From the IMG/VR virus record IMGVR_UViG_3300030104_006170: a DNA stretch of 64,000 bases. One strand, 5' to 3'. The notes beneath the pieces are model-generated. The model made no database searches. It saw nothing but the letters and a program-made list of their open reading frames with translations, and was not told the DNA's origin. Positions 46,408 through 55,965 of this stretch are shown here, piece by piece. The DNA comes from a virus (lineage: Duplodnaviria > Caudoviricetes). The first letter of the stretch is position 1; the number at the start of each line of letters is the position of its first letter. A program made the translations under genes and the position numbers.

Positions 46408-47646
46408 ATGGAAAAAAAGAAATATAAAATTTGTGTACTACCCTCTGATAGAACAGGGGTATCAAAGTTTAGGTCTGTCGACCCACATACATACTTACAA
46501 GACATGTACCCGGAAGAGTTTTGGGTAGATATAGTTTATGACCCACCTTACTATGATGATGATTTTTGGAAAGGTTATGATTTAATTCATTACCATAGAA
46601 GTATAGGCCCAGATTATGAAGCTTCTGCTGCATTAGCTAAAAGATTAACACAGTGGGGTATACCTCATGTGTGTGATATAGATGACTACTGGTTACCTAC
46701 TGTGGACCATCCGGCTCATATGATTGTAAAAAATAATAAAATAGATGAAAAAATAAGAACAAATCTTACTTTAGCGAGATATGTTACAACTACAACTACA
46801 GTATTTGCTGACGAAATCAAAAAACTAAATAAAAATGTTTTTATATATCCAAATGCTATAGACCACGAAGAAAAACAATATATCCCAAAACCAACAAAAA
46901 GTAATAAAGTTAGAGTTGGTTGGTTGGGTGGCTCCTCTCACATAAAAGATTTGGAAATTTTAAGTGGTGTTGCTGGTAGACTATATAATGATAGAAAAGA
47001 CAAGTTTCAAGTAGTTTTATGTGGTTATGATTTAAGAGGTACTATGACTGTTTTTGATGAAAAAACTGGACAACAGACTCAAAGACCTATCCAACCTATG
47101 GAGTCTGTGTGGTACAAATACGAACAAATTATGACTGATAATTATAGAATTTTAGGTGACGAATCTTACAGAGAAGAACTTTTATCTTTTAAGAAAAAAC
47201 AAATTACCGGTGATGAAAATTCTAACTATAGAAGAGTCTGGACTAAACCAATCACAACTTACGCTTCTAATTATAACAATTTTGATGTGAGTTTGGCACC
47301 ACTTAAAGAACATATTTTTAATAAGGTAAAATCACAACTAAAAGTTATAGAAGCTGGATTCCATAAAAAAGCTTTAGTATTACAGGATTATGGTCCATAC
47401 ACTATTGATTGTGTAAACGCTGTTAAGTTTGGTGGTGGTTTTGATGATAAGGGCAATGCTATGATGATACCAAAAAGTAAAAATCATAAATTGTGGTACC
47501 AGCACATTAAAAAACTAATAGACAACCCTTCTCTAGTGGAGGATTTGGGTGAAAGATTGTATGAGACTGTATACCCTAGGTATACATTAAAAACTGTAAC
47601 CACCCAAAGAGCAGAATGGTATAGAGAAATAATAAATAAATCTTAG
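46408..47646 (+). CDS. Glycosyltransferase, GT-B fold (GT4-like)
   Basis: CDIDDYW, PNAID, VGWLGGSSH..DL, DVSLAPL...FNKVKSQLKVIEAG. Confidence 0.85.
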   Translation: MEKKKYKICVLPSDRTGVSKFRSVDPHTYLQDMYPEEFWVDIVYDPPYYDDDFWKGYDLIHYHRSIGPDYEASAALAKRLTQWGIPHVCDIDDYWLPTVDHPAHMIVKNNKIDEKIRTNLTLARYVTTTTTVFADEIKKLNKNVFIYPNAIDHEEKQYIPKPTKSNKVRVGWLGGSSHIKDLEILSGVAGRLYNDRKDKFQVVLCGYDLRGTMTVFDEKTGQQTQRPIQPMESVWYKYEQIMTDNYRILGDESYREELLSFKKKQITGDENSNYRRVWTKPITTYASNYNNFDVSLAPLKEHIFNKVKSQLKVIEAGFHKKALVLQDYGPYTIDCVNAVKFGGGFDDKGNAMMIPKSKNHKLWYQHIKKLIDNPSLVEDLGERLYETVYPRYTLKTVTTQRAEWYREIINKS

Positions 47647-47647
47647 T

Positions 47648-47755
47648 ATGGGTATATTAACATTAATAGTAGGTTTTGGGGTTGGTCTTGTAAGTGGACT
47701 ATACCTTTCTAGTCAAATAGAAAAAAACATAAATAAAAGAATAAATAAAAAATAA
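47648..47755 (+). CDS. 35-aa single-pass membrane peptide
   Basis: Below the ORF-track cutoff; MGILTLIVGFGVGLVSGLYLSSQIEKNINKRINKK fills the gap between two genes. Confidence 0.55.
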   Translation: MGILTLIVGFGVGLVSGLYLSSQIEKNINKRINKK

Positions 47756-47760
47756 AAATT

Positions 47761-47991
47761 ATGTATTATCAAGCAATAGTAGCATTTGAAACCGGAGTTT
47801 TAGATAACGAGGGGAACGCAAAAGTAAAAAAATTTAAGTACGTAGTAGAGGCAGAGTCACTATACGAAGTTAATAAAAGGTTGGCAACTTATTTGTCTGA
47901 AGACACTAGAGATTCTGAAGTTGTGTCTATAGTTAAGGCTCCTTTTGAGGATATTTTACACCCGGAACTAACACCACAATATTACAAATAA
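47761..47991 (+). CDS. DUF4494-like small protein
   Basis: YQAIVAFET...KVKKFKYVVEAES..EV pattern resembling a Bacteroidota family. Confidence 0.55.
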   Translation: MYYQAIVAFETGVLDNEGNAKVKKFKYVVEAESLYEVNKRLATYLSEDTRDSEVVSIVKAPFEDILHPELTPQYYK

Positions 47992-47992
47992 A

Positions 47993-48601
47993 ATGAAAGA
48001 TAAATTAGGTAGTACATGGGACAGAATTAAAAGTGTTGTTAGTAACGAAGAAAATTCTATAAGTGATGAAAAAATGTTATCTCATTTAGGTGTAGATTCT
48101 AAAATGTTAAAGGATTTGGAAGACGAAACTGTTAAGTCTGCTATGGAGGGTGTGAAACCCGTAATCAAATATCAGAACAATTCTACAAACTTAGATTTAT
48201 CTTACAAATATATAGACGATAGTGGTATGGATTTAAGAGCTAATCTAAAAGAACCTATGACACTTAAATCTTTAGAAAGAGGATTAGTACCTACAGGAAT
48301 TCATTTTGAGTTACCCGAAAGTTTAGAAATCCAAGTTAGACCTAGAAGTGGTCTAGCTATTAAAAGTGGGATAACCGTACTAAACACACCAGGTACTGTA
48401 GATAGAGGTTATAACGGAGAAATAAAAATTATTTTAATGAACTTAAGTAAAGATGATTTTGTTATTAATCATGGTGATAGAATAGCACAGGCGGTAGTTT
48501 CTCCAGTAATTTCAGGTAGGTGGGCTAGACTAGTAAAAGTAAATAACTTAACAAAAACCCAAAGGGGTGATGGTGGATTTGGGTCAACAGGTATAGAATA
48601 A
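47993..48601 (+). CDS. dut: Trimeric dUTPase with N-terminal extension
   Basis: DSGMDL, QVRPRSGLA, PGTVDRGYNGEI, DRIAQAV, RGDGGFGSTG. Confidence 0.95.
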   Translation: MKDKLGSTWDRIKSVVSNEENSISDEKMLSHLGVDSKMLKDLEDETVKSAMEGVKPVIKYQNNSTNLDLSYKYIDDSGMDLRANLKEPMTLKSLERGLVPTGIHFELPESLEIQVRPRSGLAIKSGITVLNTPGTVDRGYNGEIKIILMNLSKDDFVINHGDRIAQAVVSPVISGRWARLVKVNNLTKTQRGDGGFGSTGIE

Positions 48602-48602
48602 A

Positions 48603-49700
48603 ATGAGTTTATCGATAGTATTTAGTACAAAAAAAATAAATGAAGATTTTGTTAAATTAATAAAGTCTACTTGTGGGGTACATAATGTTGAGGTTTTGCC
48701 TTACGAAAATCCTGGAAAATACTCACTTAATGAGGTCTATAACATGGGTTTAAAAAAAGCTACTAACGATAAAGTCGTATTTTGTCATGATGATATAAAA
48801 TTTGATACGAAAAATTGGGGTAGAAAAATGTTAAAGAACTTTTCTAAACATCCTGATTTTGGAATTATAGGCGTAGCAGGCACTAGATACCTTTCAACTA
48901 CCGGTAGATGGTGGGACGACTTTTCAAAAATGCATGGTGCTGTATACCACGAAAAAGATGGCAATAGGTGGTTAACAAGATATTCTAAAGATATAGGACT
49001 TAATTTAATGCCTGTAGTCTTAGTGGATGGGTTGTTTTTTGGGGTTTCTAAAAGTAAGTTAGTTAAACATTTTGACGAAAGTATAAAAGGATTTCACTTC
49101 TACGATGTAGAATTTTGTTTTTCTAATTTTTTAGAGAACGTTAAAATAGGTGTTTGTACTAATGTTAGAATAACTCATTTATCTATTGGTCAAACTAATG
49201 ATGAATGGGAAAAAAACAGAGAGGTTTTTGCTGAAAAATATAAAGATAAGTTACCTGTTAAAATGAATAGACCTTTTTACGATAATGAAAAATTTGATAT
49301 TTTAATTAGTACCGTATCTTTAAATGAAGAAATAATGGACCTATCAATAAACATTAAGAAACTAGGGCATAATTTATCTTTATTATGTGAACACTCTAGT
49401 TCACATAAGAAATTTTTAAATAGAAAAGGTATCGATATTCATCCTATTAATACACCCCCTGGTTTTAAAATGGGTGATGGGGAGTGGGCTTTGAGTGGGC
49501 CTAAAGGTCCTATCCAATCCGAAAAAGGTAAATTATATAAAATGAAAGAGATTAAATTTGATGTTATACATACCACGGACAATCAAATTATGGAGTACAT
49601 GAAAAATTTCTTTCCTAACACACCACAATTCAATAGTGATGATGATGAGGGGTTAAAGGGTGATTTAATAAAAAAATATAAAAAAGTTTTAGAATGGTAA
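48603..49700 (+). CDS. Glycosyltransferase, GT-A (family 2-like) with extra C-terminal domain
   Basis: YNMGLKKA...VFCHDDI, VDGLFF, GFHFYDVEFC, THLSIG. Confidence 0.8.
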   Translation: MSLSIVFSTKKINEDFVKLIKSTCGVHNVEVLPYENPGKYSLNEVYNMGLKKATNDKVVFCHDDIKFDTKNWGRKMLKNFSKHPDFGIIGVAGTRYLSTTGRWWDDFSKMHGAVYHEKDGNRWLTRYSKDIGLNLMPVVLVDGLFFGVSKSKLVKHFDESIKGFHFYDVEFCFSNFLENVKIGVCTNVRITHLSIGQTNDEWEKNREVFAEKYKDKLPVKMNRPFYDNEKFDILISTVSLNEEIMDLSINIKKLGHNLSLLCEHSSSHKKFLNRKGIDIHPINTPPGFKMGDGEWALSGPKGPIQSEKGKLYKMKEIKFDVIHTTDNQIMEYMKNFFPNTPQFNSDDDEGLKGDLIKKYKKVLEW

Positions 49701-50479
49701 AAATAGTTTCTGGTTGGAGTAATCGTGGTGGTTCTACTTTCGCATTTATAAATCTTACAAATGCATTAAATAAAGCTGGTTATGATACTACATTTTATGG
49801 TCCTCATGAATGGCATTTAGATAAATGTAAATCTGGTAGGATGAATGAAATAAACATGAGTAAAAATGATAATATGATTTTTCATTTTATACCTTTAAAT
49901 GGTAGACCTGATGTTAGAAAAGTTTTGTTATCTTGTCACGAAAAGAATATTTTTGAAGTTGGTGATATCCCTCAGTATTGGGATGAGGTTGTTTTTTTAA
50001 ATAAAAAACAAAGAGAATACCATAATAGATACAAAGGTAGATATAACATAATACCTAATCTTAAAGAAGTTTTAGAAAATAAACCTAAGTCAGCAACAGC
50101 AAAAGGTGTAGCAGGAATTATTGGTTCTATAGACGAAAATAAACAAACTCATATTTCAATACAAAAAGCTGTAAAAGACGGATTTAAGAAAATTATGTTA
50201 TTTGGTAATGTGACCGACCCTAACTATTATAATAATTTTGTAAAACCACTTATCGATGAAAAGGTGATAGAAAGAGGTTTTATTAGTGATAAACAAAAAA
50301 TATATGATGAAGTAGAAGCTGTGTACCTATCATCAAATAGTGAAGTAGCTTCATTAGTAAAAGATGAGTGTGAAACTACTGGCACAAAATTTTATGGTAG
50401 TAAAGCTACTGAACATGATGTAATAAACCTATCTAATGATGAAATCATAAAAGAATGGGTTAAAGTTTTAGATTTATGA
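49694..50479 (+). CDS. Compact glycosyltransferase, GT-B (GT4-like)
   Basis: GWSNRGGST, HEKN, IIGSIDENKQTH, SEVASLVKDECE. Confidence 0.7.
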   Translation: MVKIVSGWSNRGGSTFAFINLTNALNKAGYDTTFYGPHEWHLDKCKSGRMNEINMSKNDNMIFHFIPLNGRPDVRKVLLSCHEKNIFEVGDIPQYWDEVVFLNKKQREYHNRYKGRYNIIPNLKEVLENKPKSATAKGVAGIIGSIDENKQTHISIQKAVKDGFKKIMLFGNVTDPNYYNNFVKPLIDEKVIERGFISDKQKIYDEVEAVYLSSNSEVASLVKDECETTGTKFYGSKATEHDVINLSNDEIIKEWVKVLDL

Positions 50480-51162
50480 TTATAGGTAATGGACTTATCG
50501 CTAAATCATTTTTAAAAAAACACGATAAAGATGATATTGTTATTTTTGCGTCAGGAGTATCAAACTCAAAAGAAGATAATCCAAAAAATTTTAAAAGAGA
50601 AAAAGACTTATTACTAAAAACCCTAGAAACCCACCAAGAAATAAAATTTATATATTTTAGTACTGTCCTTATTGGTTATAAACATAATCCATACTATTCA
50701 CATAAAAAAGAAATGGAGAATTTAATAAGATTACACGCTAAAGATTATATCATATTTAGAGTTCCACAATTAATAGGTAGTTGTGGAAATAATAATAATC
50801 TTATAAACTATCTAGTGGGTAAGATAAAGTCAGGTGAGTCTTTTAAAGTTTATGGTAACCTTAAAAGAGCTGTGGTAGATATAGAAGATTTAGTTAATTT
50901 TGTTATGTATTGTGAAAACAAAATTAGTTGTAAAACTGTTTATGTGGGGGGTATAGAACCTATTTCTGTTGTTGACTTATCAAAAATAATTCAATATTTT
51001 TTTAATGTTAATGATGGTAATTTAAAGATGGAAATTAAAGATACTAATGAAGATAATAGATGGACTTCATTGACAAGTCCCATTTTTAAAGATTATTTAT
51101 CTGATTTTAGTATTGAGTCTAGGGGTTACACACAAAAAATAATAGAAAAATATATAAAATAA
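50476..51162 (+). CDS. NAD-dependent epimerase/dehydratase (short SDR-like)
   Basis: IIGNGLIAK, FASGVSNS, YFST, YYSHKKEME (YxxxK), FRVPQLIG. Confidence 0.75.
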   Translation: MIIGNGLIAKSFLKKHDKDDIVIFASGVSNSKEDNPKNFKREKDLLLKTLETHQEIKFIYFSTVLIGYKHNPYYSHKKEMENLIRLHAKDYIIFRVPQLIGSCGNNNNLINYLVGKIKSGESFKVYGNLKRAVVDIEDLVNFVMYCENKISCKTVYVGGIEPISVVDLSKIIQYFFNVNDGNLKMEIKDTNEDNRWTSLTSPIFKDYLSDFSIESRGYTQKIIEKYIK

Positions 51163-51168
51163 TAAATT

Positions 51169-51891
51169 ATGATAGTACTAACTGGTTTTTATAACGCTGA
51201 ACAATATATAGAGCGTTGTCTTGCTACTATTCAGTCTCAAGACTATAAAGATTTTACATGTTATATAACACATGACCATTCTACAGATAATTCAGTAAAT
51301 TTAGTAAAAGAATTTATTAAAGATGACAAAAGATTTGTTCTAGTTGAGGAGAGTGATAAAAAATTATATCAAGCTGGAAACTTTGATACTGTTATTCGTA
51401 ATAACCCTAATATAAAAGACAGTGATGTCCTAGTAGAGGTAGATGGTGATGACTATCTTCCTGATAGAGGGGTTTTGAGTAGAATTAATAAACTTTACGA
51501 GGATGAAAATGTCTGGATTGCTAACGGTAGTTTTAGATATTCTAGTGGACAACCAGGATTTTCCCAAAAACAAACAGGTTTTGATAACTTGAGACAGGTT
51601 AGGTTTACAGCTTCTCATATTAGAACTTGGCGTGCATTTTTATGGAGAAATATAAAAGAAGAAGACTTACGTGATGAAAATGGTGATTACTGGCAGTGGA
51701 GTGGTGATTTGTGTTTTATGTACCCAATGTTAGAAATGTCAGGAGAAGAACATTATAGATTTATGAATGAGGTAAATTACGTATATAACGAAACCAACCC
51801 AATAAATGAACACAAAATAGATATGACGATGGTTAATAACCACGCATCAAGAATAAGAAGTAAAAAACCATATAAAAAATTAAAAATATGA
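51169..51891 (+). CDS. Glycosyltransferase family 2
   Basis: YNAEQYIERCL, DHSTDNS, VEVDGDDYL. Confidence 0.9.
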   Translation: MIVLTGFYNAEQYIERCLATIQSQDYKDFTCYITHDHSTDNSVNLVKEFIKDDKRFVLVEESDKKLYQAGNFDTVIRNNPNIKDSDVLVEVDGDDYLPDRGVLSRINKLYEDENVWIANGSFRYSSGQPGFSQKQTGFDNLRQVRFTASHIRTWRAFLWRNIKEEDLRDENGDYWQWSGDLCFMYPMLEMSGEEHYRFMNEVNYVYNETNPINEHKIDMTMVNNHASRIRSKKPYKKLKI

Positions 51892-53189
51892 AAAAAATAG
51901 ATAGTATATTACCAACACTGTTAAATTATTTACAGGAAAATAAACCAAAATACTTATACAACCAATCCTTTGTGCCTGGTGAAAGTCAAGTACTATATTC
52001 AGGACCTTACTGGGATGAGGAAGAAATTATGGCAGCCATTAAAACTTTTATAGAAGGTAAGTGGGTAGTTGCTGGAGAAAATGTAAATAAATTTGAACGT
52101 GCTTTTGGTAGAGTTTTTGGTGCAAAATTTGTACAAATGGTAAATTCTGGTAGTTCAGCTAATTTAGTTCTAATATCGGCTCTAAAAAAATATTTTGGTT
52201 GGGAGGATGGTGACGAAGTCATAGTTTCTCCCGTTGGATTCCCAACAACTATATCTGTTTTGGTGCAGAATGGTTTAAAACCAGTTTTTATAGATATAGA
52301 GTATGAAACACTTAACTTTGACATTACAAAAATAGAAGAAAAGATAACCCCTAAAACTAAAGCTATTTTTGTTTCTCCTGTCCTGGGTAATGTTCCTGAC
52401 ATGGACTTTTTAACTGAATTATGTAAAAAACACGACATAAGATTAATTGGTGATAGTTGTGATAGTATTGGGTCTAAATGGGATGGTAAACACTTAAGTG
52501 AATATTACGAAGCGTGGACATCTTCTTTTTATCCTGCACACCACATATCAACAGGAGAAGGTGGAGCTGTATGTACTAACATAGCACCATTAAAAAGATT
52601 ATTTACTAGTTTTGCTTGGTGGGGTAGAGATTGTTATTGTGTTGGTTCTGCTAATTTATTATCGTGTGGTACTTGTGGTAAAAGATTCGATAAATGGTTA
52701 GATTCTTATGACGGAATAATTGACCACAAATATGTTTTTACTAATATGGGTTATAACCTAAAACCTATGGATTTACAAGGTTCTATTGGACTTATTCAGT
52801 TAAAGAAATTTGAGGAGATTGACAACAATAGAAAAAGAAGTAAAAATACCATAGAATCTATATTTTTAAAATATGTTGATGGGATTAAGGGTGTATCTAT
52901 GTTACCTAAAGCTGACACTTGTTGGTTTGGTACTCCTTTTATTTGTGATAATAAACAATTAAAAGATAAACTAGTTGCTTTTCTAGAAGAGAATAAAATA
53001 CAAACTAGAAATTACTTTGCTGGAAACATACTAATGCACCCAGGTTATAAACATTTAGATGATTTAAATAAGTACCCAAACGCTAATACAGTTTTAGACA
53101 AAGTATTTTTTGTGGGGGCAGCACCACATTACACAGAAGAAGTTTTTGATTATATAGAAAGTATATTTGTTAATAAATGGGAAAATTAA
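51888..53189 (+). CDS. rfbH: PMP/[2Fe-2S] NDP-4-keto-6-deoxyhexose 3-dehydrase (E1, DdhC/RfbH type)
   Basis: VNSGSSANL, SFYPAHHISTGEGG (His in place of the PLP Lys), GRDCYC...CGTC cluster motif, MGYNLK, TRNYFAGN. Confidence 0.88.
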   Translation: MKKIDSILPTLLNYLQENKPKYLYNQSFVPGESQVLYSGPYWDEEEIMAAIKTFIEGKWVVAGENVNKFERAFGRVFGAKFVQMVNSGSSANLVLISALKKYFGWEDGDEVIVSPVGFPTTISVLVQNGLKPVFIDIEYETLNFDITKIEEKITPKTKAIFVSPVLGNVPDMDFLTELCKKHDIRLIGDSCDSIGSKWDGKHLSEYYEAWTSSFYPAHHISTGEGGAVCTNIAPLKRLFTSFAWWGRDCYCVGSANLLSCGTCGKRFDKWLDSYDGIIDHKYVFTNMGYNLKPMDLQGSIGLIQLKKFEEIDNNRKRSKNTIESIFLKYVDGIKGVSMLPKADTCWFGTPFICDNKQLKDKLVAFLEENKIQTRNYFAGNILMHPGYKHLDDLNKYPNANTVLDKVFFVGAAPHYTEEVFDYIESIFVNKWEN

Positions 53190-54583
53190 AAGTTTTAGTA
53201 TTAGGTGATGGTTTACTAGGTTCGGAAATTGTTAAACAAACCGAATGGGACTATATTTCTAGAAAGAAAGATGGTTTTGATATTACTGATATGGAAACTT
53301 ATCATTTACTAACAAATGTAGAATTTGGTGCTATACAACATTGTAAATATGATATTATTCTTAATTGTATTGCAAATACAGACACTTACAGTACTGATAA
53401 AGATTTACACTGGAAAGTTAATTACGAAGGTTTATCTAATCTAATTAAATTTTGTAATGACTGGAAAGTAAAATTAGTTCACATATCCACAGACTATGTT
53501 TATTCTGGTTCTGATACAGAGGCTACAGAAAATACCGTACCTGTTCACTGTAACAACTGGTATGGTTACACTAAGTTGTTAGGTGATGGTTTGGTTCAAC
53601 TAAACTCAAATAATTACCTTTTATGTAGGTGTACTCACAAACCTAAACCATTTCCTTATGATGGTGCTTGGATTGACCAGGTTGGTAATTTTGACTATGT
53701 CTCTAACATCTCAAAACTTATCATAGATATGATAACCAATAATTTAAGTGGTTTATATAATGTGGGTACTGAAACTAAAACAATATATGAACTGGCTTCC
53801 GAAACAAGAAAAGTTAAAAAAATATATGCACCACAACAAGTACCTAAAAATCTTTCTATGAATTTAGATAAATTACATAAAGGTTTAAATAAACCATTTT
53901 TTTCCATAGCTATACCAACTTATGGATACAATGGAAGAGGGGTTGAGTTTTTAGATTTTAGTTTAGAAATTATAAGTAAACAAACTTTTAAAGACTTTGA
54001 AGTTGTGTTATCAGACCATAGTGAAGATGATACTATAAAAGAGGTTTACGATAAGTGGGCTGACAAGTTAAATATCAAATATTTTAGGAATTCTAAAGGT
54101 AGGGGTATCATATCTCCTAATATAAATAACGCTATGAAGTTATGTAACGGTAAATGGATTAAAGTTTTATTCCAAGACGATTTCCTATATAACGAAAACT
54201 CTTTAGAACTACAACACGAATTACTAAACGCTCAACCAAACATAAGTTGGGTTATGACTAAATTCTATCATAGTAATGACGGTAAGTCGTTTTATAGACT
54301 ATACAACCCAAGATGGAATAATATGATATGGACTGGAAATAATACCATGGGATGTCCTACTGGTATGACCATTAAAAATAAAAATCTAATATTTTTTGAC
54401 GAAGGTTTAAATTGGTTGATGGACGTAGATTATTACAAACGTATGTTTGATTTACATGGTGAACCAACTATATTAGATGAAATAACAGTAGTTAATAGGA
54501 CTTGGGGTAATAGACTTACTGATACCATACCTCAGTCTTTAAAAGATAAAGAATTTGAAATGTTAAAACTTAAATATGCTTAA
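53177..54583 (+). CDS. Fusion of RmlD-like NDP-4-keto sugar reductase and GT2 glycosyltransferase
   Basis: N-half GDGLLG, NCIANTD, HISTDYV, YGYTK; C-half FSIAIPTY, SDHSED, KVLFQDD, LMDVDYY. Confidence 0.85.
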   Translation: MGKLKVLVLGDGLLGSEIVKQTEWDYISRKKDGFDITDMETYHLLTNVEFGAIQHCKYDIILNCIANTDTYSTDKDLHWKVNYEGLSNLIKFCNDWKVKLVHISTDYVYSGSDTEATENTVPVHCNNWYGYTKLLGDGLVQLNSNNYLLCRCTHKPKPFPYDGAWIDQVGNFDYVSNISKLIIDMITNNLSGLYNVGTETKTIYELASETRKVKKIYAPQQVPKNLSMNLDKLHKGLNKPFFSIAIPTYGYNGRGVEFLDFSLEIISKQTFKDFEVVLSDHSEDDTIKEVYDKWADKLNIKYFRNSKGRGIISPNINNAMKLCNGKWIKVLFQDDFLYNENSLELQHELLNAQPNISWVMTKFYHSNDGKSFYRLYNPRWNNMIWTGNNTMGCPTGMTIKNKNLIFFDEGLNWLMDVDYYKRMFDLHGEPTILDEITVVNRTWGNRLTDTIPQSLKDKEFEMLKLKYA

Positions 54584-55241
54584 TTTAAAAAATGTAACAC
54601 TTATAGCCCTAAGTTCAATAAAACTAGAAAAAACCATTAAAGCTTTAGAGTATAGTTGTCGTGGAATTAGTTTTGGTGAGGTTAAATTAGTTTCTGACAC
54701 AAGACCTGATAATTTACCTGATTTTATCACTCATGAATTTTGTCCTAAAATGTCCAATATAGATGAATGGAATTACGCTGCGATATATGAGTTACCTAAA
54801 CATGTGTCTACGGAATTTGCTATGTTAATACATGATGATGGATTTGTTGTTAACCCAGAATCTTGGCGTGATGAGTTTTTTGAGTATGATTATATAGGTG
54901 CTCCTTACCCACTACCACAAGATAATTTTTCGTATAGAGACATAAATGGTAATCTGATAAGAGTTGGTAATAGTGTTTCTTTAAGAAGTAAAAAATTACT
55001 AGACTTACCTATAGAATTAGATTTGGAATGGAAAGCTTTTCATGGATATTATAATGAAGACGGTTATATTTGTGTAAACTATCGACATAAGTATCTTGAA
55101 CATGGTATGAAATTTGCTGATATAGACGTTGCCAAATATTTTTCACACGAAAATATGATGCCTGAGATTCAAGGAATAAAACCTTTTGCTTTCCATAGAC
55201 ACTATGGAACAAACTCTATTTACCCAAACTATGGAAAATAA
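54576..55241 (+). CDS. DUF5672-like putative GT-A glycosyltransferase
   Basis: IHDDGFVVNPESW..EFFEYDYIGAP, GNSVSLRSKKLL, EDGYIC, FAFH. Confidence 0.7.
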   Translation: MLNLKNVTLIALSSIKLEKTIKALEYSCRGISFGEVKLVSDTRPDNLPDFITHEFCPKMSNIDEWNYAAIYELPKHVSTEFAMLIHDDGFVVNPESWRDEFFEYDYIGAPYPLPQDNFSYRDINGNLIRVGNSVSLRSKKLLDLPIELDLEWKAFHGYYNEDGYICVNYRHKYLEHGMKFADIDVAKYFSHENMMPEIQGIKPFAFHRHYGTNSIYPNYGK

Positions 55242-55965
55242 AAAAATACATACTAATTTTGTAGTCGCTAGTGATTACAATTGGTTACCTGAAAATCTAG
55301 AGGATTCCTGGGTACACCAATACACAGATAACTATTTAATCTATGATAAATTTCATAGATTTGAAGAATCCGATAAAGTTAAACATCAACTAAATGTGGG
55401 TCAAAATATTTATGATATGTTTGATTTCATTGTTAGAAATTATGATAACTTACCTGAATGTACTTTATTTTGTAGAGCATGTTTATTATGGCCAAAAGAT
55501 ACTGGTACACCTAGATTAGACGATAATGGGAATAGGTTGTCTAATGGTAATTGTGGGTTAGATAAATTCCATGAGTTGATGAATAACAATACATTTACAG
55601 AATTGCATGATTTTGGTCCTGAAGCACACAAAGGTCCTGGAAGTAAGATGGCTGAAGATGGTGGGTTTTTAGAAATTAATAACAGTTGGTATTTCCACCA
55701 TGTACCATCTAGACACTTTAACAATACCAATGCTTTTCTACAGGACGTATTTGTAAATCCAGAATTACCAGAATATATAAGATTTTCACCTGGTGGAAAC
55801 TATATAATACCTAAACACACTATATTAAAGTATAGTAAAAACTTTTATGAACAAATAAGAAAAATACTTAACTGGGATGTTGTTGTTGGTGAAGCACATC
55901 TTATTGAGCGTTGTATATATACTTTTTTTACTTGTGACTATGAGGTAAACGAAAAATATAAATAA
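55231..55965 (+). CDS. DUF3431-like protein, probably glycan-related (likely start MENKK at 55231)
   Basis: NVGQNIYDMFDFIVRNYDNLPECTLF, FSPGGNYII, EAHLIER. Confidence 0.6.
   Translation: MENKKIHTNFVVASDYNWLPENLEDSWVHQYTDNYLIYDKFHRFEESDKVKHQLNVGQNIYDMFDFIVRNYDNLPECTLFCRACLLWPKDTGTPRLDDNGNRLSNGNCGLDKFHELMNNNTFTELHDFGPEAHKGPGSKMAEDGGFLEINNSWYFHHVPSRHFNNTNAFLQDVFVNPELPEYIRFSPGGNYIIPKHTILKYSKNFYEQIRKILNWDVVVGEAHLIERCIYTFFTCDYEVNEKYK

Noticed and set aside
55186-55241. Frameshift fusion between the DUF5672-like and DUF3431-like ORFs (56-nt overlap in the track)
   Set aside because: An in-frame ATG at 55231 gives an ordinary 11-nt overlap, and no slippery sequence is evident.
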